Below, piece after piece: positions 11,546 to 25,134 of a stretch of 64,000 nucleotides of DNA. Both the position numbers and the translations under genes were made by a program. Below the pieces are notes generated by a model that was not told the DNA's origin, did not search any database, and was given only the letters and a program-made list of their open reading frames with translations. Numbering within the stretch: the stretch's first letter is position 1; each line of letters opens with the position of its first letter. The DNA comes from Ranitomeya imitator (Eukaryota). Location: NCBI RefSeq assembly GCF_032444005.1, contig NC_091286.1, positions 586,520,001-586,584,000 on the forward strand, read 5' to 3'.

Positions 11546-14500
11546 TATACACAACTCTGCAGCACACACAATACTACTGAATGCACAGTACACAAACGCT
11601 CCGCTGCACAAACAGTGCATATACACAACTCTGCAGCACACACAACACTGCTGAATGCACAGTACACAAACGCTCCGCTGCACAAACAGTGCATATACAC
11701 AACTCTGCAGCACACACTACACTGCTGAATGCACAGTACACAAACGCTCTGCTGCACAAACAGTGCATATACACAACTCTGCAGCACACACAACACTGCT
11801 GAATGCACAGTACACAAACGCTCTGCTGCACAAACAGTGCATATACACAACTCTGCAGCACACACTACACTGCTGAATGCACAGTACACAAACGCTCTGC
11901 TGCACAAACAGTGCATATACACAACTCTGCAGCACACACAATACTACTGAATGCACAGTACACAAACGCTCCGCTGCACAAACAGTGCATATACACAACT
12001 CTGCAGCACACACTACACTGCTGAATGCACAGTACACAAACGCTCTGCTGCACAAACAGTACATATACACAACTCTGCAGCACACACAACACTGCTGAAT
12101 GCACAGTACACAAACGCTCTGCTGCACAAACAGTGCATATACACAACTCTGCAGCACACACAATACTACTGAATGCACAGTACACAAACGCTCCGCTGCA
12201 CAAACAGTGCATATACACAACTCTGCAGCACACACAGCACTGCTGAATGCACAGTACACAAACGCTCCGCTGCACAAACAGTGCATATACACAACTCTGC
12301 AGCACACACAACACTGCTGTATGCACAGTACACAAAGGCTCCGCTGCACAAACAGTGCATATACACAACTCTGCAGCACACACAATACTACTGAATGCAC
12401 AGTACACAAACGCTCCGCTGCACAAACAGTGCATATACACAACTCTGCAGCACACACAACACTGCTGAATGCACAGTACACAAACGCTCCGCTGCACAAA
12501 CAGTGCATATACACAACTCTGCAGCACACACAACACTGCTGAATGCACAGTACACAAACGCTCCGCTGCACAAACAGTGCATATACACAACTCTGCAGCA
12601 CACACAACACTGCTGTATGCACAGTACACAAACGCTCCGCTGCACAAACAGTGCATATACACAACTCTGCAGCACACACAACACTGCTGTATGCACAGTA
12701 CACAAACGCTCCGCTGCACAAACAGTGCATATACACAACTCTGCAGCACACACAACACTGCTGTATGCACAGTACACAAACGCTCTGCTGCACAAACAGT
12801 ACATATACACAACTCTGCAGCACACACAACACTGCTGTATGCACAGTACACAAACGCTCTGCTGCACAAACAGTACATATACACAACTCTGCAGCACACA
12901 CAACACTGCTGTATGCACAGTACACAAACGCTCCGCTGCACACAGTATATATACAAACTCTGCAGCACACACAACACTGCTGTATGAACAGTACACAAAC
13001 GCTCCACTACACAAACAGTATATATACACAACTCTGCAGCACACACAACACTGCTGTATGAACAGTACACAAACGCTCTGCTGCACAAACAGTACATATA
13101 CACAACTCTGCAGCACACACAACACTGCTGTATGCACAGTACACAAACGCTCCGCTGCACAAACAGTGCATATACAAACTCTGCAGCACACACAACACTG
13201 CTGTCTGCACAGTACACAAACGCTCCGCTGCACAAACAGTGCATATACACAACTCTGCAGCACACACAACACTGCTGTATGCATAGTACACAAACGCTCC
13301 GCTGCACAAACAGTGCATATACACAACTCTGCAGCACACACAACACTGCTGTATGCACAGTACACAAACGCTCCGCTGCACAAACAGTGCATATACACAA
13401 CTCTGCAGCACACACAACACTGCTGTATGCACAGTACACAAACGCTCCGCTGCACAAACAGTGCATATACACAACTCTGCAGCACACACAACACTGCTGT
13501 ATGCATAGTACACAAACGCTCCGCTGCACAAACAGTGCATATACACAACTCTGCAGCACACACAACACTGCTGTATGCATAGTACACAAACGCTCCGCTG
13601 CACAAACAGTGCATATACACAACTCTGCAGCACACACAACACTGCAGTATGAACAGTACACAAACGCTCCGCTGCACAAACAGTGCATATACACAACTCT
13701 GCAGCACACACAACACTGCTGTATGCACAGTACACAAACGCTCCGCTGCACAAACAGTGCATATACACAACTCTGCAGCACACACAACACTGCTGTATGC
13801 ATAGTACACAAACGCTCCGCTGCACAAACAGTGCATATACACAACTCTGCAGCACACACAACACTGCAGTATGAACAGTACACAAACGCTCCGCTGCACA
13901 AACAGTGCATATACACAACTCTGCAGCACACACATAACTGCTGTATGCACAGTCCATAAACGCTCCGCTGCACAAACAGTACATATACACAACTCTGCAG
14001 CACACACAACACTGCTGAATGCACAGTACACAAACGCTCTGCTGCACAAACAGTGCATATACACAACTCTGCAGCACACACAATACTACTGAATGCACAG
14101 TACACAAACGCTCCGCTGCACAAACAGTGCATATACACAACTCTGCAGCACACACAACACTGCTGTATGAACAGTACACAAATGCTCCGCTGCACAAACA
14201 GTATATATACAAACTCTGCAGCACACACAATACTACTGAATGCACAGTACATAAACGCTCCGCTGCACAAACAGTGCATATACACAACTCTGCAGCACAC
14301 ACAACACTGCTGTATGCATAGTACACAAACGCTCCGCTGCACAAACAGTGCATATACACAACTCTGCAGCACACACAACACTGCAGTATGAACAGTACAC
14401 AAACGCTCCGCTGCACAAACAGTGCATATACACAACTCTGCAGCACACACAACACTGCTGTATGCACAGTACACAAACGCTCCGCTGCACAAACAGTGCA

Positions 14501-17500
14501 TATACACAACTCTGCAGCACACACAACACTGCTGTATGCATAGTACACAAACGCTCCGCTGCACAAACAGTGCATATACACAACTCTGCAGCACACACAA
14601 CACTGCAGTATGAACAGTACACAAACGCTCCGCTGCACAAACAGTGCATATACACAACTCTGCAGCACACACATAACTGCTGTATGCACAGTCCATAAAC
14701 GCTCCGCTGCACAAACAGTACATATACACAACTCTGCAGCACACACAACACTGCTGTATGCACAGTACACAAACGCTCCGCTGCACAAACAGTGCATATA
14801 CAAACTCTGCAGCACACACAACACTGCTGTCTGCACAGTACACAAACGCTCCGCTGCACAAACAGTGCATATACACAACTCTGCAGCACACACAACACTG
14901 CTGTATGCATAGTACACAAACGCTCCGCTGCACAAACAGTGCATATACACAACTCTGCAGCACACACAACACTGCTGTATGCACAGTACACAAACGCTCC
15001 GCTGCACAAACAGTGCATATACACAACTCTGCAGCACACACAACACTGCTGTATGCACAGTACACAAACGCTCTGCTGCACAAACAGTACATATACACAA
15101 CTCTGCAGCACACACAACACTGCTGAATGCACAGTACACAAACGCTCTGCTGCACAAACAGTGCATATACACAACTCTGCAGCACACACAATACTACTGA
15201 ATGCACAGTACACAAACGCTCCGCTGCACAAACAGTGCATATACACAACTCTGCAGCACACACAGCACTGCTGAATGCACAGTACACAAACGCTCCGCTG
15301 CACAAACAGTGCATATACACAACTCTGCAGCACACACAACACTGCTGTATGCACAGTACACAAAGGCTCCGCTGCACAAACAGTGCATATACACAACTCT
15401 GCAGCACACACAATACTACTGAATGCACAGTACACAAACGCTCCGCTGCACAAACAGTGCATATACACAACTCTGCAGCACACACAACACTGCTGAATGC
15501 ACAGTACACAAACGCTCCGCTGCACAAACAGTGCATATACACAACTCTGCAGCACACACAACACTGCTGAATGCACAGTACACAAACGCTCCGCTGCACA
15601 AACAGTGCATATACACAACTCTGCAGCACACACAACACTGCTGTATGCACAGTACACAAACGCTCCGCTGCACAAACAGTGCATATACACAACTCTGCAG
15701 CACACACAACACTGCTGTATGCACAGTACACAAACGCTCCGCTGCACAAACAGTGCATATACACAACTCTGCAGCACACACAACACTGCTGTATGCACAG
15801 TACACAAACGCTCTGCTGCACAAACAGTACATATACACAACTCTGCAGCACACACAACACTGCTGTATGCACAGTACACAAACGCTCTGCTGCACAAACA
15901 GTACATATACACAACTCTGCAGCACACACAACACTGCTGTATGCACAGTACACAAACGCTCCGCTGCACACAGTATATATACAAACTCTGCAGCACACAC
16001 AACACTGCTGTATGAACAGTACACAAACGCTCCACTACACAAACAGTATATATACACAACTCTGCAGCACACACAACACTGCTGTATGAACAGTACACAA
16101 ACGCTCTGCTGCACAAACAGTACATATACACAACTCTGCAGCACACACAACACTGCTGTATGCACAGTACACAAACGCTCCGCTGCACAAACAGTGCATA
16201 TACAAACTCTGCAGCACACACAACACTGCTGTCTGCACAGTACACAAACGCTCCGCTGCACAAACAGTGCATATACACAACTCTGCAGCACACACAACAC
16301 TGCTGTATGCATAGTACACAAACGCTCCGCTGCACAAACAGTGCATATACACAACTCTGCAGCACACACAACACTGCTGTATGCACAGTACACAAACGCT
16401 CCGCTGCACAAACAGTGCATATACACAACTCTGCAGCACACACAACACTGCTGTATGCACAGTACACAAACGCTCCGCTGCACAAACAGTGCATATACAC
16501 AACTCTGCAGCACACACAACACTGCTGTATGCATAGTACACAAACGCTCCGCTGCACAAACAGTGCATATACACAACTCTGCAGCACACACAACACTGCT
16601 GTATGCATAGTACACAAACGCTCCGCTGCACAAACAGTGCATATACACAACTCTGCAGCACACACAACACTGCAGTATGAACAGTACACAAACGCTCCGC
16701 TGCACAAACAGTGCATATACACAACTCTGCAGCACACACAACACTGCTGTATGCACAGTACACAAACGCTCCGCTGCACAAACAGTGCATATACACAACT
16801 CTGCAGCACACACAACACTGCTGTATGCATAGTACACAAACGCTCCGCTGCACAAACAGTGCATATACACAACTCTGCAGCACACACAACACTGCAGTAT
16901 GAACAGTACACAAACGCTCCGCTGCACAAACAGTGCATATACACAACTCTGCAGCACACACATAACTGCTGTATGCACAGTCCATAAACGCTCCGCTGCA
17001 CAAACAGTACATATACACAACTCTGCAGCACACACAACACTGCTGAATGCACAGTACACAAACGCTCTGCTGCACAAACAGTGCATATACACAACTCTGC
17101 AGCACACACAATACTACTGAATGCACAGTACACAAACGCTCCGCTGCACAAACAGTGCATATACACAACTCTGCAGCACACACAACACTGCTGTATGAAC
17201 AGTACACAAATGCTCCGCTGCACAAACAGTATATATACAAACTCTGCAGCACACACAATACTACTGAATGCACAGTACATAAACGCTCCGCTGCACAAAC
17301 AGTGCATATACACAACTCTGCAGCACACACAACACTGCTGTATGCATAGTACACAAACGCTCCGCTGCACAAACAGTGCATATACACAACTCTGCAGCAC
17401 ACACAACACTGCAGTATGAACAGTACACAAACGCTCCGCTGCACAAACAGTGCATATACACAACTCTGCAGCACACACAACACTGCTGTATGCACAGTAC

Positions 17501-18594
17501 ACAAACGCTCCGCTGCACAAACAGTGCATATACACAACTCTGCAGCACACACAACACTGCTGTATGCATAGTACACAAACGCTCCGCTGCACAAACAGTG
17601 CATATACACAACTCTGCAGCACACACAACACTGCAGTATGAACAGTACACAAACGCTCCGCTGCACAAACAGTGCATATACACAACTCTGCAGCACACAC
17701 ATAACTGCTGTATGCACAGTCCATAAACGCTCCGCTGCACAAACAGTACATATACACAACTCTGCAGCACACACAACACTGCTGAATGCACAGTACACAA
17801 ACGCTCTGCTGCACAAACAGTGCATATACACAACTCTGCAGCACACACAACACTGCTGTATGAACAGTACACAAATGCTCCGCTGCACAAACAGTATATA
17901 TACAAACTCTGCAGCACACACAACACTGCTGTATGCACAGTACACAAACGCTCTGCTGCACAAACAGTGCATATACACAACTCTGCAGCACACACAACAC
18001 TGCTGTATGAACAGTACACAAATGCTCCGCTGCACAAACAGTATATATACAAACTCTGCAGCACACACAACACTGCTGTATGCACAGTACACAAACGCTC
18101 TGCTGCACAAACAGTGCATATACACAACTCTGCAGCACACACAACACTGCTGTATGCACAGTACATAAACGCTCCGCTGCACAAACAGTGCATATACACA
18201 ACTCTGCAGCACACACAACACTGCTGAATGCACAGTACACAAACGCTCTGCTGCACAAACAGTGCATATACACAACTCTGCAGCACACACAACACTGCTG
18301 TATGCACAGTACACAAACGCTCTGCTGCACAAACAGTACATATACACAACTCTGCAGCACACACAACACTGCTGTATGAACAGTACACAAACGCTCCGCT
18401 GCACAAACAGTACATATACACAACTCTGCAGCACACACAACACTGCTGTATGAACAGTACACAAACGCTCCGCTGCACAAACAGTGCATATACACAACTC
18501 TGCAGCACACACAACACTGCTGTATGAACAGTACACAAACGCTCCGCTGCACAAACAGTACATATACACAACTCTGCAGCACACACAACACTGC
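11546..18594. repeat. 74-bp satellite, ~95 copies, in the last CEP63 intron
   Basis: Unit cacaactctgcagcacacacaacactgctgtatgcacagtacacaaacgctccgctgcacaaacagtgcatata; ORF-track starts recur every 74 nt. Confidence 0.98.
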
Positions 18595-18849
18595 TCTCTG
18601 CACTGTAAACTCACAATTCTGCAGTATGCACATGTATAGAGTAATAGTTGTGACCCATATATACATATGCACAGCTAATGAGTGAAGAAAAATCTCCACT
18701 AAAAATGCCAGTTTTGCCTCTGCGTTATGATCTGCCAAGAGATGCAGAAATAAACACTTGTGTGCACATACCCTTGAAGTCAGGAAAATACCATGTTTTT
18801 GGACTTTTGTTTAGCTTTAACTTGCAGGATGCGTTTTCTGTTTCTGCAG

Positions 18850-19011
18850 CTCCCACTACCACCCTCCTCCTCACTGAACACCATTGCATCAAGGTTTCTT
18901 CAGGAGGAAGAGCTCCGGTCACAGGACCTTCTTCAGCGCCTGGACTCTCACATTGAGGAATTAAAGCAGGAAAGTCAGCGGACAGTGCAGCACTTCAGCA
19001 ACCTAAAATAA
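18850..19011 (+). CDS. CEP63: CEP63 last coding exon
   Basis: tttctgcag|CTC acceptor; encodes ...[42 protein letters not shown], which I recognise as the CEP63 C-terminus (FLEEEELRS...LDAHIEELKRESEKTV), distinct from paralogue DEUP1; adjacency to KY agrees. Confidence 0.92.
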   Translation, partial: LPLPPSSSLNTIASRFLQEEELRSQDLLQRLDSHIEELKQESQRTVQHFSNLK

Positions 19012-19982
19012 GCTGATGTCATAAAGAAGTGGTCTCCAGCATGTGCCGGCTGTCATCCGGTCCGGGGGCTCCCTCCAATAATGTGTGCAGCCTGTATTGT
19101 GAAATCCGGTGACCACAGGGGGCTAATGTGGCCATATTATGGATGTAGCCAATATGTGCTTCACCACCGTGGGGAAGGGAAGCGCAGCTTTAAGCTGCTA
19201 ACAGCTGAACTTTTGAGCTCAAGGGACTTGGGCTTGTAACGGAAGAAGAAACCGAATATATGCCGGTATACCGGCCGTCTAGTAACCAGTAAATGACCGC
19301 TGCCTCGCATGTACATTACTTTTACCTACGGATATTATCTGGCTGAGTACAAGGAAAAGGTTCTGTAGTTTGCGGATAGAATATTCCTCTTTAATATGCT
19401 GTTATAAAGTCCTGCAGGCTCTTACCACTGATGAAAACGGGTGCTACTTGCTCTCAGGACTAATTTCGGGATGCTGATGCCAGACACCCACCCTAGTCTA
19501 TCTTATGACACAACTAATTGACTTGACTAACATCTTTTGTGTGGAAAAAAAACGCTTCCGATTTAAAGGGATTGTCTTCTGCTATTTCTTCAGGAGCGCA
19601 CCGCTCTCCAGCCTCCATGCTTCCTGCTTGCCTGGTGAAGATGTGCTCCTGATTGATGAACTGTATCAGCTGAGCTGGTGACATATCGGCCCGAACTCTG
19701 TGCTCTCCGATGCTGCCACTACACACGTTTGCCCCTGCAGCATCAGAGGAGCGCAGGGACATTGAAACTGGCTGAATCCAGCGATTTGGCAGAGCTACAA
19801 ACACCAATGAGACCATGATTGGTGAACTAGGCAGCGAGCAGGAAGCTATAAAATTAAAAACCGTTCTGTTTCTGAGAGCAGAAAAGATTTTTAATGCAAG
19901 GTAAATTGCAAAGTTGCTTGTTTTTCCACGCACTTAGTAATTTTACACATTTAAAAAGATAACCCTTTTCCCCCCCTTTTAA

Positions 19983-20375
19983 AGGGAATCTGTCTGCAGG
20001 TTTTTGCTATATAATCTGAGAGCAGCATAATATAGGGAAATAAAGCCTGATTCCAGTGATGTATCACTTACTGGGCTACTTGCTGTAGTTTTGATAGAAT
20101 CCCTGTTTTCTCTGCTGTAGCTGTTCTCTGAATGCTGAGCTCTGTAGAACCCCGCGCACACCACTGATTGGCAGCAAGCAGCCAATCGGTGGTGGGGGTG
20201 GAGTTACACAGATTATCCCGACTGCCCTCCATGTGAGACTTAGTCCTCTAGTGATAATACTAATTGTATTGAAAATACAACACCGCCTAAGTGACACATC
20301 ACTGGAATCGGGTTCTCTTGCCCTACATTATGCTGCTCTCAGATTAAATGGCAAAAACTTGATGACAGATTCCTT
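19983..20375. mobile_element. T2/Kolobok-type MITE
   Basis: TTAA at both ends; ~90-bp imperfect TIRs (agggaatctgtc...tcactta / taagtgac...gacagattcctt). Confidence 0.8.
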
Positions 20376-20541
20376 TTAATAAAGGTATGTTAAAGTCCTT
20401 GACAGTAGCAGTCCCAGCTTCATATATATGAAACATCTGTATTTTATATGTTGTTTTTTATTTATTACATTTTCTTAATTTTTGTATGTAATGCATTGCA
20501 AGCCTCAGTAAGACTAGGAATTGTCATGCTTGTGTGTATAT

Positions 20542-20690
20542 NNNNNNNNNNNNNNNNNNNNNNNNNNNNNNNNNNNNNNNNNNNNNNNNNNNNNNNNNNN
20601 NNNNNNNNNNNNNNNNNNNNNNNNNNNNNNNNNNNNNNNNNNNNNNNNNNNNNNNNNNNNNNNNNNNNNNNNNNNNNNNNNNNNNNNNNN
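20542..20690. other. Assembly gap (149 N)
   Basis: Run of N bases. Confidence 1.
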
Positions 20691-21399
20691 CTCTAGATAT
20701 ATATACATACATAGTGCGTGTGTCTATTAGTATACACGTGCATGCATACGCTTTTCCACATCCTAATTCCGCAAAACATCTCTTTAGTCTGTTTGCAGCA
20801 TTCTCTGTGATATATTCTGTGTTACTAGTTAATTATCAGTATGACGTATAAGATAAAATTCTGTTTATTTTAAAAGTGTAATTTATTTTTTTAGGAATTC
20901 AGCACTGACGGCTGGTTCTATTTTTTGATGAACACTTTTGTTCAATTGAAATATTTTGTTACAAAATAAATGATAATTTCTACATTTGTGTCCTGTTTAT
21001 GTTGCATGGGTAATTATGATAATTGCACCATCTCTTTGCTTGGTACACACCAGGATAATACATCTAGGACAATCTGTTTAGTAGGAACCTGTAACATCAC
21101 TTCTGCATTTACGAATGTAATCCCTGTGGAGCATCCACAACAAAATCTGTGATATGAAAGGAAAAAATGTTTCTTGGAAATTTGTCAGTATTTTAGTACA
21201 TATAATGTATTTGTTTTCACAGCAAATCATTGTGAAATTACTAATATTGGCTGTATAGGAAATTAGTCGTGCTTTTATTTGCAGTTACAACCAAACACAT
21301 TCAACCTCCGTACAAATTAGATTAGTTTTAAAGCTTTTGCTGTTTTTCATAAGTCAATCAAAGAAGAACAGTTTTTATAGCTCAAGACAAAAAGTGGTT

Positions 21400-22250
21400 T
21401 CTCCAAATTCAACATAAAATTTCACTTTTAATGCAGTCTCAGAATTATTCATTGCCTTCATGACACATATCTTTAGTAATTCGTAAAGCCCCTTTGATTA
21501 TTATGACCTGCTTTAAACATGATGTATAGCCACACAACAGCTTCTGAGCCACCACCATACTTCACTGCAGGTGGGTTGTTCCTTTCAGCATCTTTTTCAT
21601 GCCTTCTCCTTTATAAGCTTGAACAGTATGTTTTGTTTCATCGTTCCACAGAAGAGAATCCCAAAACGTCTGTGTCTTAGTTATATAGTTTTGAGCATTT
21701 TAAAGTCTAGTGCTTTTGGGTCCGTAGAAGTGTACGTTGTTGTCTGGCATGGATACCTTCAGCGTTTACTGTGCACTTTTTTGTGAAAACTGATACCGCA
21801 GTTGCTGCTGCCAATAAATCTTATGGCACTGCTTTTTCGATGGTTTTTTATTACCTGACTCCTCAGGAATCTGATGGCAACCGATGACAGCTACATCTTT
21901 CTGCCTTGTCCAGAAAGTGTAGCGAGTGTGAATAGAGCTGTGATTCTATTGCTATCGTAATTGTGGGTGCGCATCTTTGCAATGGTACCCTAAGGTACAT
22001 TTATCCTGCGCTCTCTGGTGAGCGCTTAGGTCTGGGTTTCCGTGTGAATCCCACAAAATGCAATTCAGATGAATCCTCCCATGGAAACGCTTATGAGGCA
22101 GATGGGGTCACTTTGGACTTCTTCTGGTCTGTGTTCCCGGCAGTGTCCCATAATTTTTGGCGCCGTTTTAGCCCACAAGTGTGGGTGACCATAGTTTTGT
22201 GCATGCCTAAAAAGATGGATACCACTGGAACAGACACCAAACGGACTCCA
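21400..22250 (-). mobile_element. Highly decayed Tc1-like transposase remnant (boundaries approximate)
   Basis: Minus-strand translations FWDSLLWNDET (~21635-21670) and PAVKYGGG (~21548-21572) resemble the Tc1 WSDETK and PTVKHGGG motifs. Confidence 0.5.
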
Positions 22251-23608
22251 AATTGTCTCCTTCTACCTCATTATGGTGGGTGGTTCCATCGCGGGGTTTG
22301 TCTAAATTACATTTTTGTGGAATTTACACAGAAAGGAAGTGCTCAGTGTAGATCATAAAAAAGTGATCCCAGACTTATACTGAAAGTGATCAAAAAATGT
22401 TATGTACTCTGAAGTGTTACCAACAAAACCCCCTAACTTATCCCACGTAAAATGACCCCCCCCCCCCCAGGTCCGTCATCTGTTACTATAGGGGATTCCC
22501 ATGTTACTGGTAGAACAAAGACTCTGGAAAATTGACACTTCTCTAAACCCCATTAAATAGAATCAAGTGAAATCTGCTCTCTAAATGCCCTCCTCCTTCT
22601 GAGACCCACTGTGCCTAAACTGCAGTAAGAGGCCACATGCTGGGCATTAATGTAGTGGAGAGAGCGCATTTAACAATTTATGGGGTGCATGTTGCCAGAA
22701 TCACAAGCTGGCAACAATGTATGGGGGTGCTACACTGTATAGTGGCACTACACAGTATGGGGGCACAATGTATGGGCACTAAATGGGCTTATTTGCAATT
22801 CTCCAGGAAAAAAAGCCTGGAGTGGATGTTACAAAATAGTCACTACAGCGGTAGAGGAATTCAATTAGAAGTGCAATTTCTACATTGGGGTCACTTTTTA
22901 GAGTTTTTTTTGGGGCTCCTCTATTGTCGCCTGTAAACTATTCTAGCAAAATCTCTGCTCCAAAAGCCAAATAGCGCTCCTTCCTTTTCAGCCTTGACAT
23001 GTGGCCTAGCAGTAGTTTCTGATGACACATGGGACAGCACAGCGTTTGGGAGAAATTACACAATAAATTATGGGTTCCAGTTTGACAAATTTGCATCAAA
23101 TAAAAAAAATATATTTTTACTAATAAAATGTAATATTTCCACGTCTCAATTTTATAAAATTCTGTGATTCATCTATGGGTTCAAAATACTCACTACACCA
23201 CTAGATGAATTAATTAAGCAGTTAAATTGCCAATATGTTGTCATCTGGGGGGGTTCCGCTGTTCTGACACCTCCGGGGCTCAGCTAATGGAGCCCACAAT
23301 CTAGTCAAACAAAATCTAAAAGCCAATTAGTTCTCCTTCCCACTAGTGTACAACCACATATGGGGTACCGCCACATTCAGTAAAAATTATATAATCAATT
23401 GGGATCCATCTCCTAATACTCCTCATGTAAATTATAAATTTGGTGATAAAACTGTATTTTAGTGGAGAACATGTATTTTTTGTTTTCACATCTAAATCTT
23501 ATAAAGTTTTGGGAATTACCTGTAGGTTACAAAGCTCAGTACACCAATAGAGGGTTAAAAAATATTCCTGACTGCAGTTTTGAAGTGTATGAGGAGTGCA
23601 GTTTTTAA

Positions 23609-24755
23609 CCCTCCGTCACATACAACTGATCTGACAGGCGCTTCTCTTTTACTTTCATTTCTCCTTCCTCACCAGATTGTGAGGAAACCCCCTCCCTCCA
23701 GGTAGTCTCCTGTCTCTTGAAGGTCTGTGAAACCTGATATCACAGTTGGATTTCAGAGCTTCAGGGGAGAGGATATAGCTGCACAGATCGCTCAGGCTCA
23801 TTGTATGTGAATACGTCACATTCAGTAAGGTTGGTATTTTATGTTTTTATTCATCACAATAGTTTATTTAGCTTGTTTTATGAATGTATAGCACAAAATG
23901 TGAGGATATTTCATAGAAATAAGGGAGATTTTATAAAAGAAAGTGTGCTGCTCAGGCATATACAGTAGTTCCCTAACATATTCCTTCTCTTGCTTCAGAT
24001 TATCTGCTGAAATGGAGAGGAAAATGTACAATTTATCCAAACAACTTGATGTTGAGGAAGTAACAAACATGCTGTTAGATGATAGAGACCTCACACTGAA
24101 TGAGGATTTAGGAGAGGAAAGTGAGATTGATTCTCATGATGAGGTGGAAGAATGTGTCCTGGATTCTGAAACAGAGCAAGATGGTGACAGTGGTGAGGAT
24201 GAAGAAGTTGATGGTGAAAAGTCACCATCTGCACCACCTCACAAAAGAAGGAGATGCACCACCTGCCAAACGGAAAGCGGAACCAGAAGGCTTTCAAATT
24301 ATGAATGTCTAAAATGTCATAAAGCAATTTGCCTGACACATGCAAAAATGGTGTGTAATTCTTGCTATTTGCTCTGCAAGTGTGACTTTTCTGGGGAAAC
24401 CTCAGCATCTACTTCTGATTGAATATGTTTTTAATAGTACTTAAGGTACCTTAAAATTAAGTTTGTGTTCAAAAATTTTCTTTGTACATTTTTTTGAGAG
24501 AGTCGAACTGGGGACTATTTGGCGGGAGTTTTGAAAAGTTTGTATTTCATAGTTATTAGTTTTATGTTAAGTAAATGTTTTTTTTTTGCAACTGATTATG
24601 TGTAGTCTCTTTTATTACATCCCTATGAAGGTCACTGATCACTTTTAGAGCACTGAAATTGCAAACATTAGATATTATAGGTATTTTTCCAGCAGGCGCC
24701 TGACAGGCACATTGTATGTGAACTCGTTAGTCCGAATATTGTATGTGACGGAGGG
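23609..24755 (+). mobile_element. piggyBac internal-deletion derivative of the 8262-10597 family
   Basis: TTAA TSD (23605-23608 / 24756-24759); same 17-bp TIRs; both ends nearly identical to the longer copy; ~1.36-kb core missing at 24210/24211. Confidence 0.96.
24012..24422 (+). CDS. 136-aa in-frame fusion ORF: piggyBac acidic N-terminus joined to the C-terminal Cys-rich domain
   Basis: MERKMYNLSKQ...EDEEV|DGEKSP...CTTC...CLKC...CLTH...CNSC*; open frame across the deletion junction; expression unknown. Confidence 0.55.
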   Translation: MERKMYNLSKQLDVEEVTNMLLDDRDLTLNEDLGEESEIDSHDEVEECVLDSETEQDGDSGEDEEVDGEKSPSAPPHKRRRCTTCQTESGTRRLSNYECLKCHKAICLTHAKMVCNSCYLLCKCDFSGETSASTSD

Positions 24756-25134
24756 TTAAAATGGTGTCACATTTTGGGAGTTTCCAATATATAAGCCCCG
24801 CTAAGTCCATATAAATCTTAATAGGTCCCTAAAGAAAAAGGTTTTGTAAATTTCTTGAAAAAAATTGAGATTGCTGTAAAAAAAAAAAAAAATGTTGACA
24901 GCCGCAACACATGCATGAATGTCGTTGACAATCAGGCAATCCCTGCATATGTTGTGGCTGTTGAACAGCCGCTAGACATACAGCCGCGAGGACTCGAACA
25001 TATTTTTCGAGCACGACAAAGTCGCTTGGTTATCACACGAGCATGGTCGGATAAAACCTTATCCCAGCACATTCGCTCATCACTAGTTCCAGACTTATTA
25101 CCACATAAAGTGACATTGGTCAGATTTCAAAGAT

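Noticed and set aside
11509-18738. Giant Cys-rich ORFs (up to 1,501 aa) on the minus strand and His/Thr-rich ORFs on the plus strand
   Set aside because: Translation of the 74-bp satellite, whose minus strand happens to lack stops in all three frames; overlapping equivalent ORFs in every frame, no domain content, and located in a CEP63 intron.
20448-20851. ORFs containing X runs
   Set aside because: They read through the N gap.
22400-23600. Probable old interspersed repeat into which piggyBac copy 2 inserted (continues ~24760-24880)
   Set aside because: Recurring motifs suggest a decayed non-autonomous element, but I could not define ends, TSD or class without a repeat library.
23825-24021. 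Precise intron loss from piggyBac copy 1 (deletion and predicted intron are both 174 nt)
   Set aside because: The deletion is offset by 23 nt: it keeps the donor and removes exon sequence, so the equal length looks coincidental.
8262-24755. Composite piggyBac transposon mobilising the 3' end of CEP63
   Set aside because: The two copies are inverted so both outer ends are 3' ends, each copy has its own TTAA TSD, and an assembly gap lies between them.
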